From positions 1 through 63,724 of the forward strand of contig DATFUL010000013.1 in NCBI GenBank assembly GCA_035260845.1: a stretch of DNA of 63,724 nt, read 5' to 3'. The notes beneath the pieces were generated by a model. It had not been told where the DNA came from. It searched no databases and saw nothing but the letters and a program-made list of their open reading frames with translations. Position 1 is the first letter of the stretch. The number at the start of each line of letters is the position of its first letter. This DNA is from Patescibacteria group bacterium. Its GTDB lineage: Bacteria; Patescibacteriota; Microgenomatia; UBA8517. The position numbers and the translations under genes were made by a program. Shown in pieces: positions 28,262 to 37,655 of the stretch.

Positions 28262-28750
28262 TTAACCCAATAGAGGGATAGGAAAATTCTCCTTGAGGAA
28301 CTTTTTGTAAAGTTCGATACTTTCAAAGTGATCAAAGGCAATTTGTTCTTTTGGTGGAATCTTGTCCAAGTCAAACCATGCAAGTTCCGCAACCTCTTCA
28401 GATTTAGTTGGCTTTTGTGATATCGCGTTCGCAACAAAAACAAAATCAACATTCTGTCTATCCTCCCTTGGTCTTTCCGGTGAATCGTTAATTCTTAATA
28501 ATTTGAAGTTGTCTAACTTCCAACCCGTTTCTTCAATTGACTCTCTTTTTGCACCAGTAATTAAATCTTCGTCCCGATCAAGATAACCACCAATGAGGGC
28601 CCACTTTCCTGATTCAAGGATTGGCTTACCATTATAAGTACCTCTTTTTTCCAACAATATCTTCCCATCCTTTACAACTATGGTGCTCATAACTACATGG
28701 CGAAGACCAAACTTTGCCTTGGCGTTATCTTCAAAATAGCAGGTGATCAT
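28262..28750 (-). CDS. NUDIX hydrolase
   Basis: Nudix box GGYLDRDEDLITGAKRESIEETG. Confidence 0.8.
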   Translation of the reverse strand: MITCYFEDNAKAKFGLRHVVMSTIVVKDGKILLEKRGTYNGKPILESGKWALIGGYLDRDEDLITGAKRESIEETGWKLDNFKLLRINDSPERPREDRQNVDFVFVANAISQKPTKSEEVAELAWFDLDKIPPKEQIAFDHFESIELYKKFLKENFPIPLLG

Positions 28751-28755
28751 CCCTA

Positions 28756-28983
28756 TTATTCCCCAATATTGATAGCAACTGCTTTTTTCTCGAGTGTGGC
28801 CCTTACTTTGAGGATGTTTCTTAATGACTTAATCATGCGGCCACCTTTGCCAATAATTAACCCTACATTTTTAGGATCTGTATTTATTGTATAAATAACT
28901 CGGCCTTCGTCTTCGGACTCAACTACATCAAACTTTTCGTTTGGCAAAAGTCCTTTTAGCAAAAATTCTAGTAATTCTTTCAT
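28756..28983 (-). CDS. KH-domain RNA-binding protein (YlqC/UPF0109-like)
   Basis: GLIIGKGGRMIKSLRNIL GxxG KH motif. 75 aa. Located next to rpsP, as in many bacteria. Confidence 0.75.
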   Translation of the reverse strand: MKELLEFLLKGLLPNEKFDVVESEDEGRVIYTINTDPKNVGLIIGKGGRMIKSLRNILKVRATLEKKAVAINIGE

Positions 28984-29062
28984 AAATGTTTATCTTTATA
29001 TAAAATTCATCCTTAGAGATTCTTTGAATCACTTAACTCTATTGACAGAATTTTATATGTAT

Positions 29063-29284
29063 TTATTTCTCAACCAATTTCTTAACTGTGGCGCTTAACT
29101 GAGCACCTTTTTTGACCCAAGCCATAAGTTTTTCTCTTTCAATTTTTAAGTCCTTTTTGGCTGGATTCCAATAGCCAAGAACTTCAAGATTTGCTCCAGC
29201 TGTCTTTTTTGTTGAGTCCACGGCAATTATTCTATAGAAGGCTCCCTTTTTTCTGCCAAATCTAGCTAGTCGTATTGCAACCAT
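29063..29284 (-). CDS. rpsP: 30S ribosomal protein S16
   Basis: MVAIRLARFGRKKGAFYRIIAVDS..GYWNP. Confidence 0.9.
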   Translation of the reverse strand: MVAIRLARFGRKKGAFYRIIAVDSTKKTAGANLEVLGYWNPAKKDLKIEREKLMAWVKKGAQLSATVKKLVEK

Positions 29285-29354
29285 TGAGGCTTATTCTACT
29301 ATAACTTCGACGAAGCGGCAAGATTGAGTTGAAGTTAGCGCCAAGACCTTGTGT

Positions 29355-30029
29355 TTAAGGGCTTACCTTTTTCGTGAGTGCCTGTAAAGCTGCAGCTTGT
29401 TCAGCCGAGCCTTTACTCTTACCCTCACCCGTACCCCAAGAAGCCTCATTAACCATAACATCAATTACAAATTTCTTGCTGTGATCAGGGCCTGACTCCT
29501 CCGTCACTTTGTATTTGGGTGTAGAAAAGCCTTGGGATTGTACATATTCCTGAAGACGGCTCTTAGGGTCTTTAAGGGGTTCTGTGGCCTTTTTTTCCAC
29601 ATCTGCCATCAAATTTTCTTTAACAAAGTTTTCAGAGTCAGTTAAACCTCGGTCCATGAAAATAGCACCAATTATAGCTTCAACCGTATCCGCCAAAAGA
29701 GATGGATTTGTGCGCCCTCCCGAATCCTCCTCCCCTTTAGATAAGAAAAGAATGCTGCCCAAATCGAGTTTTTTAGCGAATTCAGAAAGAGCAATGGTAT
29801 TAACCAAATTTGCACGGAGTGCAGTCAAATAACCTTCTTCTTTATTAGGAAATTGATTATAAATTTCCTTTGAAACAACAAATTCTAAAATTGCGTCCCC
29901 CAAGAATTCCAGCCGTTCATTACTAGCACGCTCGCCTTTGTGTTCGTTTAGCCAGGAGCGATGCGTTAGTGCGTGTTTAAAAAGGTCTTTATCCTTGAAG
30001 TCATCTTCTATTTTTTTGATATTTGTCAT
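29355..30029 (-). CDS. rnc: Ribonuclease III
   Basis: NERLEFLGDAILEFVV signature plus a C-terminal dsRBD (KDPKSRLQEYVQ...GSAEQAAA). Confidence 0.9.
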   Translation of the reverse strand: MTNIKKIEDDFKDKDLFKHALTHRSWLNEHKGERASNERLEFLGDAILEFVVSKEIYNQFPNKEEGYLTALRANLVNTIALSEFAKKLDLGSILFLSKGEEDSGGRTNPSLLADTVEAIIGAIFMDRGLTDSENFVKENLMADVEKKATEPLKDPKSRLQEYVQSQGFSTPKYKVTEESGPDHSKKFVIDVMVNEASWGTGEGKSKGSAEQAAALQALTKKVSP

Positions 30030-30268
30030 TCGTGCGCAGTTAAGGCCTCAACCAAGTCTAAAAACGTTTCTATTTCGTTAAAATCAAGCTGAGTTACATC
30101 AAAGCCGGCTTTAGTTAATATTTCCATAAAATCAGTCAGCATTACAGCATCCATATGGAGATCTGTTGTAAACTCGGTCTCGTCGTCAATATCTTCCATA
30201 TCTACGCCAAGGTAGTCGGCTAATTCTCTTTTAATCTTTTGTTTGGTGTTTGCGAATTCACTTTCCAT
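30026..30268 (-). CDS. Acyl-carrier-protein-like protein lacking the phosphopantetheine serine
   Basis: 80-aa acidic four-helix-like protein from MESEF. At the DSL position it reads [12 protein letters not shown] (Ala instead of Ser). Sits upstream of rnc, as acpP does in Firmicutes. Confidence 0.6.
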   Translation of the reverse strand: MESEFANTKQKIKRELADYLGVDMEDIDDETEFTTDLHMDAVMLTDFMEILTKAGFDVTQLDFNEIETFLDLVEALTAHE

Positions 30269-30611
30269 CTTTATATATTGTACCCAAAACGCCATTGATA
30301 AAGGAAGATGAAGATTCTGCGCCATATTCTTTAGCCAGTTCTACAGCTTCATCGATAATAACTTTTGGCGGAGCATCGGAATTTTTAAGCTCGTAAACTG
30401 CCAGTCTTAGTATGGCTAAATCTATTTTATTAAGATTGTTTATTGGCCAGGCAGGAGCTGCTTTCTCGATTAATTTATCTATTTTCTTTTTGTCCTTAAT
30501 TATTTTTAAGACAAGCTCCGGGGATCTGGATTGTTTTGTAAAAGTATCAGCAAAAAGGGTTTTGACAGCCTCGCGTCGCCTAAGGTGTCTTGGATCAGTA
30601 GCGGTCTTCAT
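30258..30611 (-). CDS. nusB: Transcription antitermination factor NusB
   Basis: [15 protein letters not shown]...[13 protein letters not shown]...[14 protein letters not shown]...FINGVLG. Start taken at MKTATDPRH. Confidence 0.8.
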   Translation of the reverse strand: MKTATDPRHLRRREAVKTLFADTFTKQSRSPELVLKIIKDKKKIDKLIEKAAPAWPINNLNKIDLAILRLAVYELKNSDAPPKVIIDEAVELAKEYGAESSSSFINGVLGTIYKDGK

Positions 30612-30708
30612 ATGCTTTTCGAACTTTCTTTGGAAAATAAAGTTCGGCAAAGAAATTTTACACAAACTACAGGAACATTGGAAGGAGGATATCTGAAGCT
30701 TAGAAGCA

Positions 30709-30867
30709 TTACTTGTAAAAGCCGCAATACGGGCAAGCTCGGTGAGTTTCCTTAAGTTTACCGCAACTTGGGCACTTCATTAAGTTTCCAAGTTTGATTT
30801 TTGGCTGCCCACCACGCCTAATATCACTCCTACTTCTTGTATGTTTTCGCTTTGGTAATGGAACCAT
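30709..30867 (-). CDS. rpmF: 50S ribosomal protein L32
   Basis: Not in the ORF track (52 aa). Manual translation: [52 protein letters not shown]. Confidence 0.85.
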   Translation of the reverse strand: MVPLPKRKHTRSRSDIRRGGQPKIKLGNLMKCPSCGKLKETHRACPYCGFYK

Positions 30868-30882
30868 GAGGGTATTATACAA

Positions 30883-32883
30883 TTAAACTAGCGAGGCTTC
30901 AAATCTAGTTTTTAGAAGTGGGTACTTTTTAGGGTTTTTAATAACATCTAAGGCCACTTCTTTCGCACTTTTGATTAAGGTAAAGTCATTCCAACTGGCA
31001 ACTTTAAGCTCAGGAAACCCTGACTGTGCAGTCCCAAAAATCTCTCCTGGCCCCCTTAGTTTTAAATCAAGCTCGGCAAGTTCAAATCCTGAATCAGTCT
31101 TTTCCATAGCTTTTAGACGACTGTAGCTAGTACCTGAGTGGAAATTACTAAAAAGTAGACAATAAGACTGCTTTTGTCCCCGACCCACCCTACCCCTCAA
31201 CTGATGAAGCTGTGCAAGGCCGAACCGCTCCGCGGCTTCAATTACCATAATTGTCGCATTTGGGATATCGATTCCAACTTCAACCACTGGTGTAGCTACT
31301 AGAATATGCGTTTTCCCTTCTTTAAAATCCTTTAATACTTGTTCCTTCTCTTTCGACTTAAGACGTCCATGCAGTAGTCCAAGTTTTAGACTTCTAAATA
31401 TCTTTTTAAGTTTTTCAAACTCTGTTGTGACTGATTTAACATCAGTTAACGTCTCGCTTTCGGAGTCCTCAATTAATGGGCAGACAATAAAAGCTTGAGA
31501 TTTATTTTCTTTGATTTGTTTTTCTATCCAATCATAGGCCCCTTCCCTCTTTTTTTCGGAAACTACCCAAGTTGTGATTTTTTGTCTTCCTTTTGGCATT
31601 TCGTGAAGTATGGACAGATCTAAGTCCCCATATGTGGTTAAGGCAATTGTTCTTGGAATTGGGGTAGCAGTCATTGTTAGTACATGGGGGGTACCCGATC
31701 TTTTAACTAAATGCGCACGCTGTTCAACGCCAAATCTATGTTGTTCGTCGATTACAACAAAGGCAACTTTGTCGAAATCGGTTTTACTTTGAATTAAAGA
31801 ATGAGTGCCAACAAAAACATCACTTCTACCGAGTTCAATTTTCCTTACTTGTGAGGTAACAAGGGAAATTCTGATATTAAATTTGTCAAACAATTGCTTT
31901 AATGTTTGATAATGTTGATTTGCCAAAATCTGAGTGGGTGCCATTATTAATGTTTGGTAACCGTTAAGGAATGCCGCAAATGCTCCAACTGCAGCAACCA
32001 CAGTTTTACCGCTACCAACATCGCCCTCTAATAGTCTATTCATGGGAATATTACCCCCAATATCTTTAAGAATTTCATCAATCGATTTAATTTGGGACTC
32101 TGTTAGTTTGAAGGGTAGTGAGTCGGTAAACTGTTTAATATTTGATTGATTGATTGTCAGTTTATGCTTAACTTTGGTTTTACTCCAGTTTAATTTTCTG
32201 TATTCACTTTTGAGTTGAAGTTCTAAAATTTCGTTAAATCCTAATCTTTTTCGGCCTATTTCTACTTCTTTTAAATCTTTTGGAAAGTGCACTTTTCCGA
32301 TAGCTTCTCTTTCACCGGCGAGCCCAAAACGCGTCAAAATTTCGCTAGGAATAAATTCAGGAGTTTCAACTTTTTCAAACGAATTTAAAATTATTCGTCT
32401 GATCCATTTGGAAGATAAGCCCGCCGTTTCGGCGTAAACTGGCACGAAATGACCAGTATGTAAAGTCTTACTGTCTTCATCCTCGATTAGCTCATAATCG
32501 GGGGAGCTTAAACATAGCTTTCTGTTAAAGAAACTTACTTTTCCAGACAAAGAAACAAGTCTACCTGGATATAAAGTTCGTGTAAGAAAGGGTTGATTAA
32601 ACCAAACAACCATAAGTTTCCCTGTAGCGTCTTCTACTGAGCCAATTTGCATCCTGACTCCCCGCTTAGAAAAAACATTTGTTATGGAAACGATTTTGGC
32701 GTGAATTGTTACGGTTTCCTGGGCCCTTAGTTTATTAATTGTTGTTACAAGGGAATAATCCAGATATCTACTCGGAACATGATAAAAAAGATCATCGATA
32801 GTATTTACTCCAAGCTTTTGGAACTTTTTAGCAAAAACTGCACCGACTCTAGGGAGCTCAGATATAGAAGAATCTAAATTCAT
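30883..32883 (-). CDS. recG: ATP-dependent DNA helicase RecG
   Basis: Wedge/OB N-terminus, GDVGSGKT Walker A, DEQHRFG, TATPIPRT and QLRGRVGRG helicase motifs. Confidence 0.9.
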   Translation of the reverse strand: MNLDSSISELPRVGAVFAKKFQKLGVNTIDDLFYHVPSRYLDYSLVTTINKLRAQETVTIHAKIVSITNVFSKRGVRMQIGSVEDATGKLMVVWFNQPFLTRTLYPGRLVSLSGKVSFFNRKLCLSSPDYELIEDEDSKTLHTGHFVPVYAETAGLSSKWIRRIILNSFEKVETPEFIPSEILTRFGLAGEREAIGKVHFPKDLKEVEIGRKRLGFNEILELQLKSEYRKLNWSKTKVKHKLTINQSNIKQFTDSLPFKLTESQIKSIDEILKDIGGNIPMNRLLEGDVGSGKTVVAAVGAFAAFLNGYQTLIMAPTQILANQHYQTLKQLFDKFNIRISLVTSQVRKIELGRSDVFVGTHSLIQSKTDFDKVAFVVIDEQHRFGVEQRAHLVKRSGTPHVLTMTATPIPRTIALTTYGDLDLSILHEMPKGRQKITTWVVSEKKREGAYDWIEKQIKENKSQAFIVCPLIEDSESETLTDVKSVTTEFEKLKKIFRSLKLGLLHGRLKSKEKEQVLKDFKEGKTHILVATPVVEVGIDIPNATIMVIEAAERFGLAQLHQLRGRVGRGQKQSYCLLFSNFHSGTSYSRLKAMEKTDSGFELAELDLKLRGPGEIFGTAQSGFPELKVASWNDFTLIKSAKEVALDVIKNPKKYPLLKTRFEASLV

Positions 32884-32885
32884 TG

Positions 32886-32990
32886 TTAGCGGCCATAAAT
32901 AATGTATGGCAAAATTGCGCTTGCTAAAAGCGCCAAAGAGGCAATTATAGTTATAACTACAAAAAACTTTTTACCTTTTTTGGATATCAT
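32886..32990 (-). CDS. Possible 34-aa small membrane protein
   Basis: Manual: MISKKGKKFFVVITIIASLALLASAILPYIIYGR. ATG directly abuts the tyrS stop; its own stop is 2 nt before the recG ATG. Confidence 0.3.
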   Translation of the reverse strand: MISKKGKKFFVVITIIASLALLASAILPYIIYGR

Positions 32991-34145
32991 TTATTTAGAT
33001 ACTTTTAAAAATGTTCGCTCGCCTACTTTTATTTCATCCCCAATTGCGAGTACCGCTGATCCGTCTGTTACTTTTTTACCGTTAACGTCAACCGCTCCTT
33101 GGCGGATTAATTCTTTTACCGACCCCATACTGTTTCTTGGTGAAAATGGGATAATTGTTTTGGCTAAACTTTCGCCGGACTTGACCTTTATATCAAACTT
33201 GGGTTTCTTTTCCTGGAAAGTACTTTCGAACCTACGCTCTGCTTTTTTTGCACTTCCCTCTCCCCACAAGAGTTTAACAATTTCAAAGGCCAGATGTTTC
33301 TTTTCCATCATTGGGTTTTCTTTTATTTTTTTGGCTAGTCCGTCCAAATCAATTTCTGTTAAAAGTTCGAATCCCAGTAGAATAGTTTCGTCAGGGAAGG
33401 ATAAAACGCCTGCATAAAAGTTTTCAGGAGTAGAGTCCAAAAACAAGGCATTGCCGGTTGTTTTTCCCACTTTTTTACCTTCCTTATCTACTAAAAGTTT
33501 TGTAGTTAAAACAAATTTTTCTTTTGCCTTGACCGCTTTCATTAAGGTTCTACCTGCCATCATGTTAAATAGTTGGTCGTTACCTCCAACTTCCAAGTCA
33601 ACATTCATCTCCAGAGAATCTTGGGCCTGAGCAATTGGGTATAAAAATTCATGAAGATAAATTGGCTCATTATTTTTAAGGCGCTCTTGGAACATGTCCC
33701 GTTCGATCATTTGTTGAACTGTAAAATTGGACGTAATTTCGATCAAATCCTTAAAACTTATTTTGTCGGACCACTTTGAGTTAAACATTATTTTGACCGG
33801 ATTATTGCCATCAAGATCTAAAAGCATGGCAATTTGTTTTTTCCAGGCTTTTGAGTTTTCTAAAACTTTTTCGCGTGTTAATTTTTGGCGGGTTGCAAGT
33901 TTATCTGTTGGGTCCCCGATCATTCCTGTAAAGTCCCCCACTAAGAAAATTACTTCATGTCCAAGTTTTTGGAATTGTCTGAGTTTCATTAATCCCACAA
34001 AATTCCCCAAATGGAGTGACGGTGCTGATGGATCAAAACCCTGGTAAAGTTTTATTTTTCTTTTGGCCATTAAATCAGCCAGGCCTTTTTTGTCAGGCAA
34101 AACTTGGGCAACTCCTCTTGTTAAAACTTCTTCAATTTTATTCAT
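32991..34145 (-). CDS. tyrS: Tyrosyl-tRNA synthetase
   Basis: Class I HIGH variant (PSLHLGN), KKVGKT (KMSKS-equivalent KFGKT type), C-terminal S4-like domain. Confidence 0.9.
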   Translation of the reverse strand: MNKIEEVLTRGVAQVLPDKKGLADLMAKRKIKLYQGFDPSAPSLHLGNFVGLMKLRQFQKLGHEVIFLVGDFTGMIGDPTDKLATRQKLTREKVLENSKAWKKQIAMLLDLDGNNPVKIMFNSKWSDKISFKDLIEITSNFTVQQMIERDMFQERLKNNEPIYLHEFLYPIAQAQDSLEMNVDLEVGGNDQLFNMMAGRTLMKAVKAKEKFVLTTKLLVDKEGKKVGKTTGNALFLDSTPENFYAGVLSFPDETILLGFELLTEIDLDGLAKKIKENPMMEKKHLAFEIVKLLWGEGSAKKAERRFESTFQEKKPKFDIKVKSGESLAKTIIPFSPRNSMGSVKELIRQGAVDVNGKKVTDGSAVLAIGDEIKVGERTFLKVSK

Positions 34146-34176
34146 AGTTAGATTCTAATTCTTTACGCACGTTCGG

Positions 34177-34887
34177 TCAATCCGACAATCCAAAAAAATC
34201 ATTTAGTAATTTGTCTGATAAGACATCAAGGCAATCGATAATATTTTTACTTCTATCTTTTGGAAAGGCTAAAGGTAATTCTGTACACCCTAAAACGATT
34301 CCGTCCAATTCTTGTTCTTTCACAAATTTATCTACCACTCTCAATAATTCAGTAGTATGTTTATCTGAAAGTTTATTGGCAATTACGCTCCGAATAACAT
34401 CTTCGCAGATATTAACAATCTCTTCGTTGGGAATTACAATTTCCACATCTGTTCCAATAAAAGCATTCGTAAAGATATTCGATTTGAATGTTGTTCTTGT
34501 TGCCAGCAAACCAACTCTTTTAAGTTTTGACGATACCACTTTATTTTTTACAACTTCAATAATCGAGATCATTTTGCATGTTGAGACTTTTGAGAGAATT
34601 GGAAAAAGGATATGGCCCGTGTTGCAAACCATTGCAATTGTAGTACAACCAAATTTACTCAATCTTCTAACGCGCGATACTAACGTTCTTTTTGCCATGG
34701 GAAGATTTTTTGTATCTGAGATAAAATCAGGTATTCGAACCGAATCCAAAATTATTTCGGGAAAATCATCTGCATTTTTCGCACCAAAGTTCCTAGAACT
34801 CTTTTCCAAAAGCAGTCGGCAAAACGCTACTCCTGCAAAAGGGCCCATGCCACCTACTAAACCGATAATTTGTTGTTTATTTTTCAT
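34177..34887 (-). CDS. Aspartate/glutamate racemase-family protein
   Basis: GGMGPFAG, VCNTGH and LGCTELP: two catalytic-Cys motifs of the Asp/Glu/hydantoin racemase family. Confidence 0.75.
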   Translation of the reverse strand: MKNKQQIIGLVGGMGPFAGVAFCRLLLEKSSRNFGAKNADDFPEIILDSVRIPDFISDTKNLPMAKRTLVSRVRRLSKFGCTTIAMVCNTGHILFPILSKVSTCKMISIIEVVKNKVVSSKLKRVGLLATRTTFKSNIFTNAFIGTDVEIVIPNEEIVNICEDVIRSVIANKLSDKHTTELLRVVDKFVKEQELDGIVLGCTELPLAFPKDRSKNIIDCLDVLSDKLLNDFFGLSD

Positions 34888-34903
34888 ATTCTATTTTTGC
34901 ATT

Positions 34904-34927
34904 AAAAAAACCTCCTTGCGGAGGTTT
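34904..34927 (-). terminator. Intrinsic-terminator-like hairpin in the leader upstream of the racemase gene
   Basis: Minus strand reads AAACCTCC-GCAA-GGAGGTTT followed by TTTTT. Lies 17 nt upstream of the racemase ATG. Confidence 0.5.
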
Positions 34928-35017
34928 GCCCTAAATTCGATTTTTAATCCACTAAATGGCTACCCCGCTTGAAAGGAGGTTTGTATAATAGCTATTTGAA
35001 TTCGTACTCATACAGCT

Positions 35018-35045
35018 ATTTTACAACGCTTTAGGTACAAGTCAA
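35018..35045 (-). promoter_or_regulatory. Sigma70-like promoter (TTGACT-16-TAAAAT) driving the racemase/tyrS leader
   Basis: Minus strand: TTGACT at 35045..35040 and TAAAAT at 35023..35018, with a 16-nt spacer. Confidence 0.35.
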
Positions 35046-35083
35046 ATTTGTTTGTTTTTCACAGTATTGATACAATCAATTAA

Positions 35084-37633
35084 ATGTGGAGAGAGAGAAG
35101 GAGATATAGAACGGAACTAACAAAAAGCCGTAAACTGGTTAAGTTTGCAAAGCTTGGATTTGTTGGCGCAATATTGCTTTTAGTTCTTTTGTTTGTTGGC
35201 ATTCCCCTTCTTTCTTTAACTCTTCCATCCCCCGATAAAATTGTCAGAACTCAAGGATTTTCTACCCAAATAATGGATAGAAACGGTTCTGTTCTTTACG
35301 ATGTTTATGCAAATCAAAACAGAACTCCGGAAAACTTAAACGACATTCCGCTTTATTTAAGGCAAGCTACAATTTCTATTGAAGACAAAAACTTTTACAC
35401 TCACAGTGGGTTTGATCCTATCGGAATGCTTCGCGGGTTTTTACATATTTTTACAACTGGCCGGGCGCAAGGTGGCTCCACTTTAACTCAGCAGCTGGTT
35501 AAAAACGCGCTTTTGTCTGACGACAGAACTCTTCCCCGTAAAATTAAAGAATTTGTACTCGCTATTGAAATTGAAAAAAGATATAGCAAAGATCAAATAT
35601 TACAGATGTACTTGAATGAAGTGCCTTATGGGGGCACTGCTTGGGGGGTTGGGGCAGCTGCACAAACTTATTTTGGCCGCGATGTAAAAGATTTAGATTT
35701 GGTTCAATCTGCGATTTTGGCTGGTATGCCGCAAAGCCCATCTAACTATTCACCGTACTCAGCTACTCCTAAAGCTTATATTCAACGCACTACCGATGTT
35801 TTAAGAAGGATGCGTGAAGATGGGCATATTAACCCTTCTCAAGAAAAGGCAGCTGTTGCGGCGCTTCCAGGCATTACATTTCAACCCAGAGGGTCAGGTT
35901 TTAAGGCACCCCATTTTGTGCAGTATGTTCAAAAAATTCTTGAAGACAGATATGGCCAAGTTGCAGTTGAACAAGGAGGGTTAAAAGTTACAACCACACT
36001 CGACTTAGATTTACAAAACCAAGCTCAGCAGATTGTTTCTGAGGAAATTACAAAAGTTATTTCTCAACATATTACAAATGGAGCTGCGGTAGTAATTAAT
36101 CCTGAAACCGGGGAAATTTTGGCCATGGTAGGATCTAAAGATTTTAATGATGCAAATGTTGGTCAATATAATGTTGTAACAGCATTAAGGCAGCCGGGAT
36201 CTTCTTTTAAACCTTTTACTTATGTAACCGCACTTAAAAAAGGCTACACAGCCTCCACTCTTCTTATGGACGTACCAACAACTTTCCCTGGTGGTGCGGG
36301 GCAACCCGATTATGTTCCAGTCAACTATGACAATAAATTTGTGGGCCCCATCCAAGTTCGTTATGCACTTGCCAATTCAAGAAACATTCCAGCTGTAAAA
36401 ATGCTGGCAATGGTTGGAATTCACGATGTTTTAGGAACTGCAACTGATATGGGTATTACAACTCTACCCCCAACTACCGAAACTTTAAAACATGTAGGGC
36501 TTTCTTTGACCCTTGGAGGTGGGGAGGTCCGCCTTCTTGATATGGCGGATGCTTATTCAGCATTTGTGAATAAAGGAGCGAGGATAGACCCTGTAGGCAT
36601 TCTTAAGGTGGTTGACGCAAATGGAAAAGTTTTAGAGGACAATCATCCGCAAAAAGGTAAACAGGTTTTAACGGAAGGTCAGGCTTACCTAATGGAATCC
36701 ATACTGTCTGACAATAATGCCAGAAGTGCCGAGTTTGGACTTAACTCTTATCTTAACGTTGCCGGACTTAATGTTATGGTTAAGACAGGAACCACAAACG
36801 ATAAGCGTGATAACTGGACAATTGGAGGAAACGATAACGCCATGATTGGAGTTTGGGTTGGCAACAACGACAACTCTCCAATGCTTAACGTGGCCTCTGG
36901 AATTTCGGGTGCTTCTCCAATTTGGCATAAAATTGTAGTCGCGGTGCAGGCCAATAAACCCAAATTAACATTTGAACCTCCCTCAAATGTAATTACAGCC
37001 CAAGTTGATTCAGTTTCTGGTTACGCGGCACATGATGGCTTTCCTAGCCGCCCTGAGTTTTTTATAAAAGGTACGGAGCCTACAGGAGTCGACCCTATTC
37101 ACACCATGCTAAAGGTGTGTAAAAGTGACGGCAACTTAGCAAACCCAAGTGATGTTTCGGCGGGTAACTATGACTCAAAGGAATATTTTGTTTTTAAAGA
37201 AGAAGATCCAACAGCCGGCACCGGGGGAGTCAACAAGTGGCAGGAAGGAATTCTTAATTGGTTAAATACTCAAGGAGATGCCCGTTACAAGCCACCCACT
37301 TCTTACTGCGGTACGGGTAACCCACTAGATGTTCAATTCACAAGTCCAACTGATCAAACATCCAATATCTCGCCGGATCCACAGCAATTTACTATTGCGT
37401 TTACCGCCAACTCCAGTTCCGCCATAACCCAGGCTAACATACAAATCAATGGAACTACTAAATGCAATTTTAGTAATGGTGCCAACAGTTATGTTTGCGG
37501 CCCTCTTTCTTTGCCAAAAGGAGTTTATTCTCTTAAAGCGGAAGCAACTGATGCTTCGGGACATACTTCAAACCGTGTTATTACAATTGGAGTTGGAATG
37601 GCTTGGAATGCAACCCCGGCCCCAACACCTTGA
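35084..37633 (+). CDS. Bifunctional class A penicillin-binding protein (transglycosylase/transpeptidase) with an Ig-like C-terminal extension
   Basis: GT51 motifs (IEDKNFYTHSGFD, GGSTLTQQL), transpeptidase SSFKP / SRN / KTGTT, plus ~130 extra C-terminal residues. Confidence 0.9.
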   Translation: MWRERRRYRTELTKSRKLVKFAKLGFVGAILLLVLLFVGIPLLSLTLPSPDKIVRTQGFSTQIMDRNGSVLYDVYANQNRTPENLNDIPLYLRQATISIEDKNFYTHSGFDPIGMLRGFLHIFTTGRAQGGSTLTQQLVKNALLSDDRTLPRKIKEFVLAIEIEKRYSKDQILQMYLNEVPYGGTAWGVGAAAQTYFGRDVKDLDLVQSAILAGMPQSPSNYSPYSATPKAYIQRTTDVLRRMREDGHINPSQEKAAVAALPGITFQPRGSGFKAPHFVQYVQKILEDRYGQVAVEQGGLKVTTTLDLDLQNQAQQIVSEEITKVISQHITNGAAVVINPETGEILAMVGSKDFNDANVGQYNVVTALRQPGSSFKPFTYVTALKKGYTASTLLMDVPTTFPGGAGQPDYVPVNYDNKFVGPIQVRYALANSRNIPAVKMLAMVGIHDVLGTATDMGITTLPPTTETLKHVGLSLTLGGGEVRLLDMADAYSAFVNKGARIDPVGILKVVDANGKVLEDNHPQKGKQVLTEGQAYLMESILSDNNARSAEFGLNSYLNVAGLNVMVKTGTTNDKRDNWTIGGNDNAMIGVWVGNNDNSPMLNVASGISGASPIWHKIVVAVQANKPKLTFEPPSNVITAQVDSVSGYAAHDGFPSRPEFFIKGTEPTGVDPIHTMLKVCKSDGNLANPSDVSAGNYDSKEYFVFKEEDPTAGTGGVNKWQEGILNWLNTQGDARYKPPTSYCGTGNPLDVQFTSPTDQTSNISPDPQQFTIAFTANSSSAITQANIQINGTTKCNFSNGANSYVCGPLSLPKGVYSLKAEATDASGHTSNRVITIGVGMAWNATPAPTP

Positions 37634-37655
37634 CGGGACAATATATAATTAATTA

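Noticed and set aside
32902-33417. 171-aa plus-strand ORF.
   Set aside because: It lies entirely antisense to tyrS, which is clearly genuine. Its composition is low-complexity (Ser/Phe/Ile-rich), typical of shadow ORFs in AT-rich DNA.
34211-34972. 253-aa plus-strand ORF.
   Set aside because: It is antisense to the racemase gene, which has both catalytic-Cys motifs. The shadow ORF has no motif.
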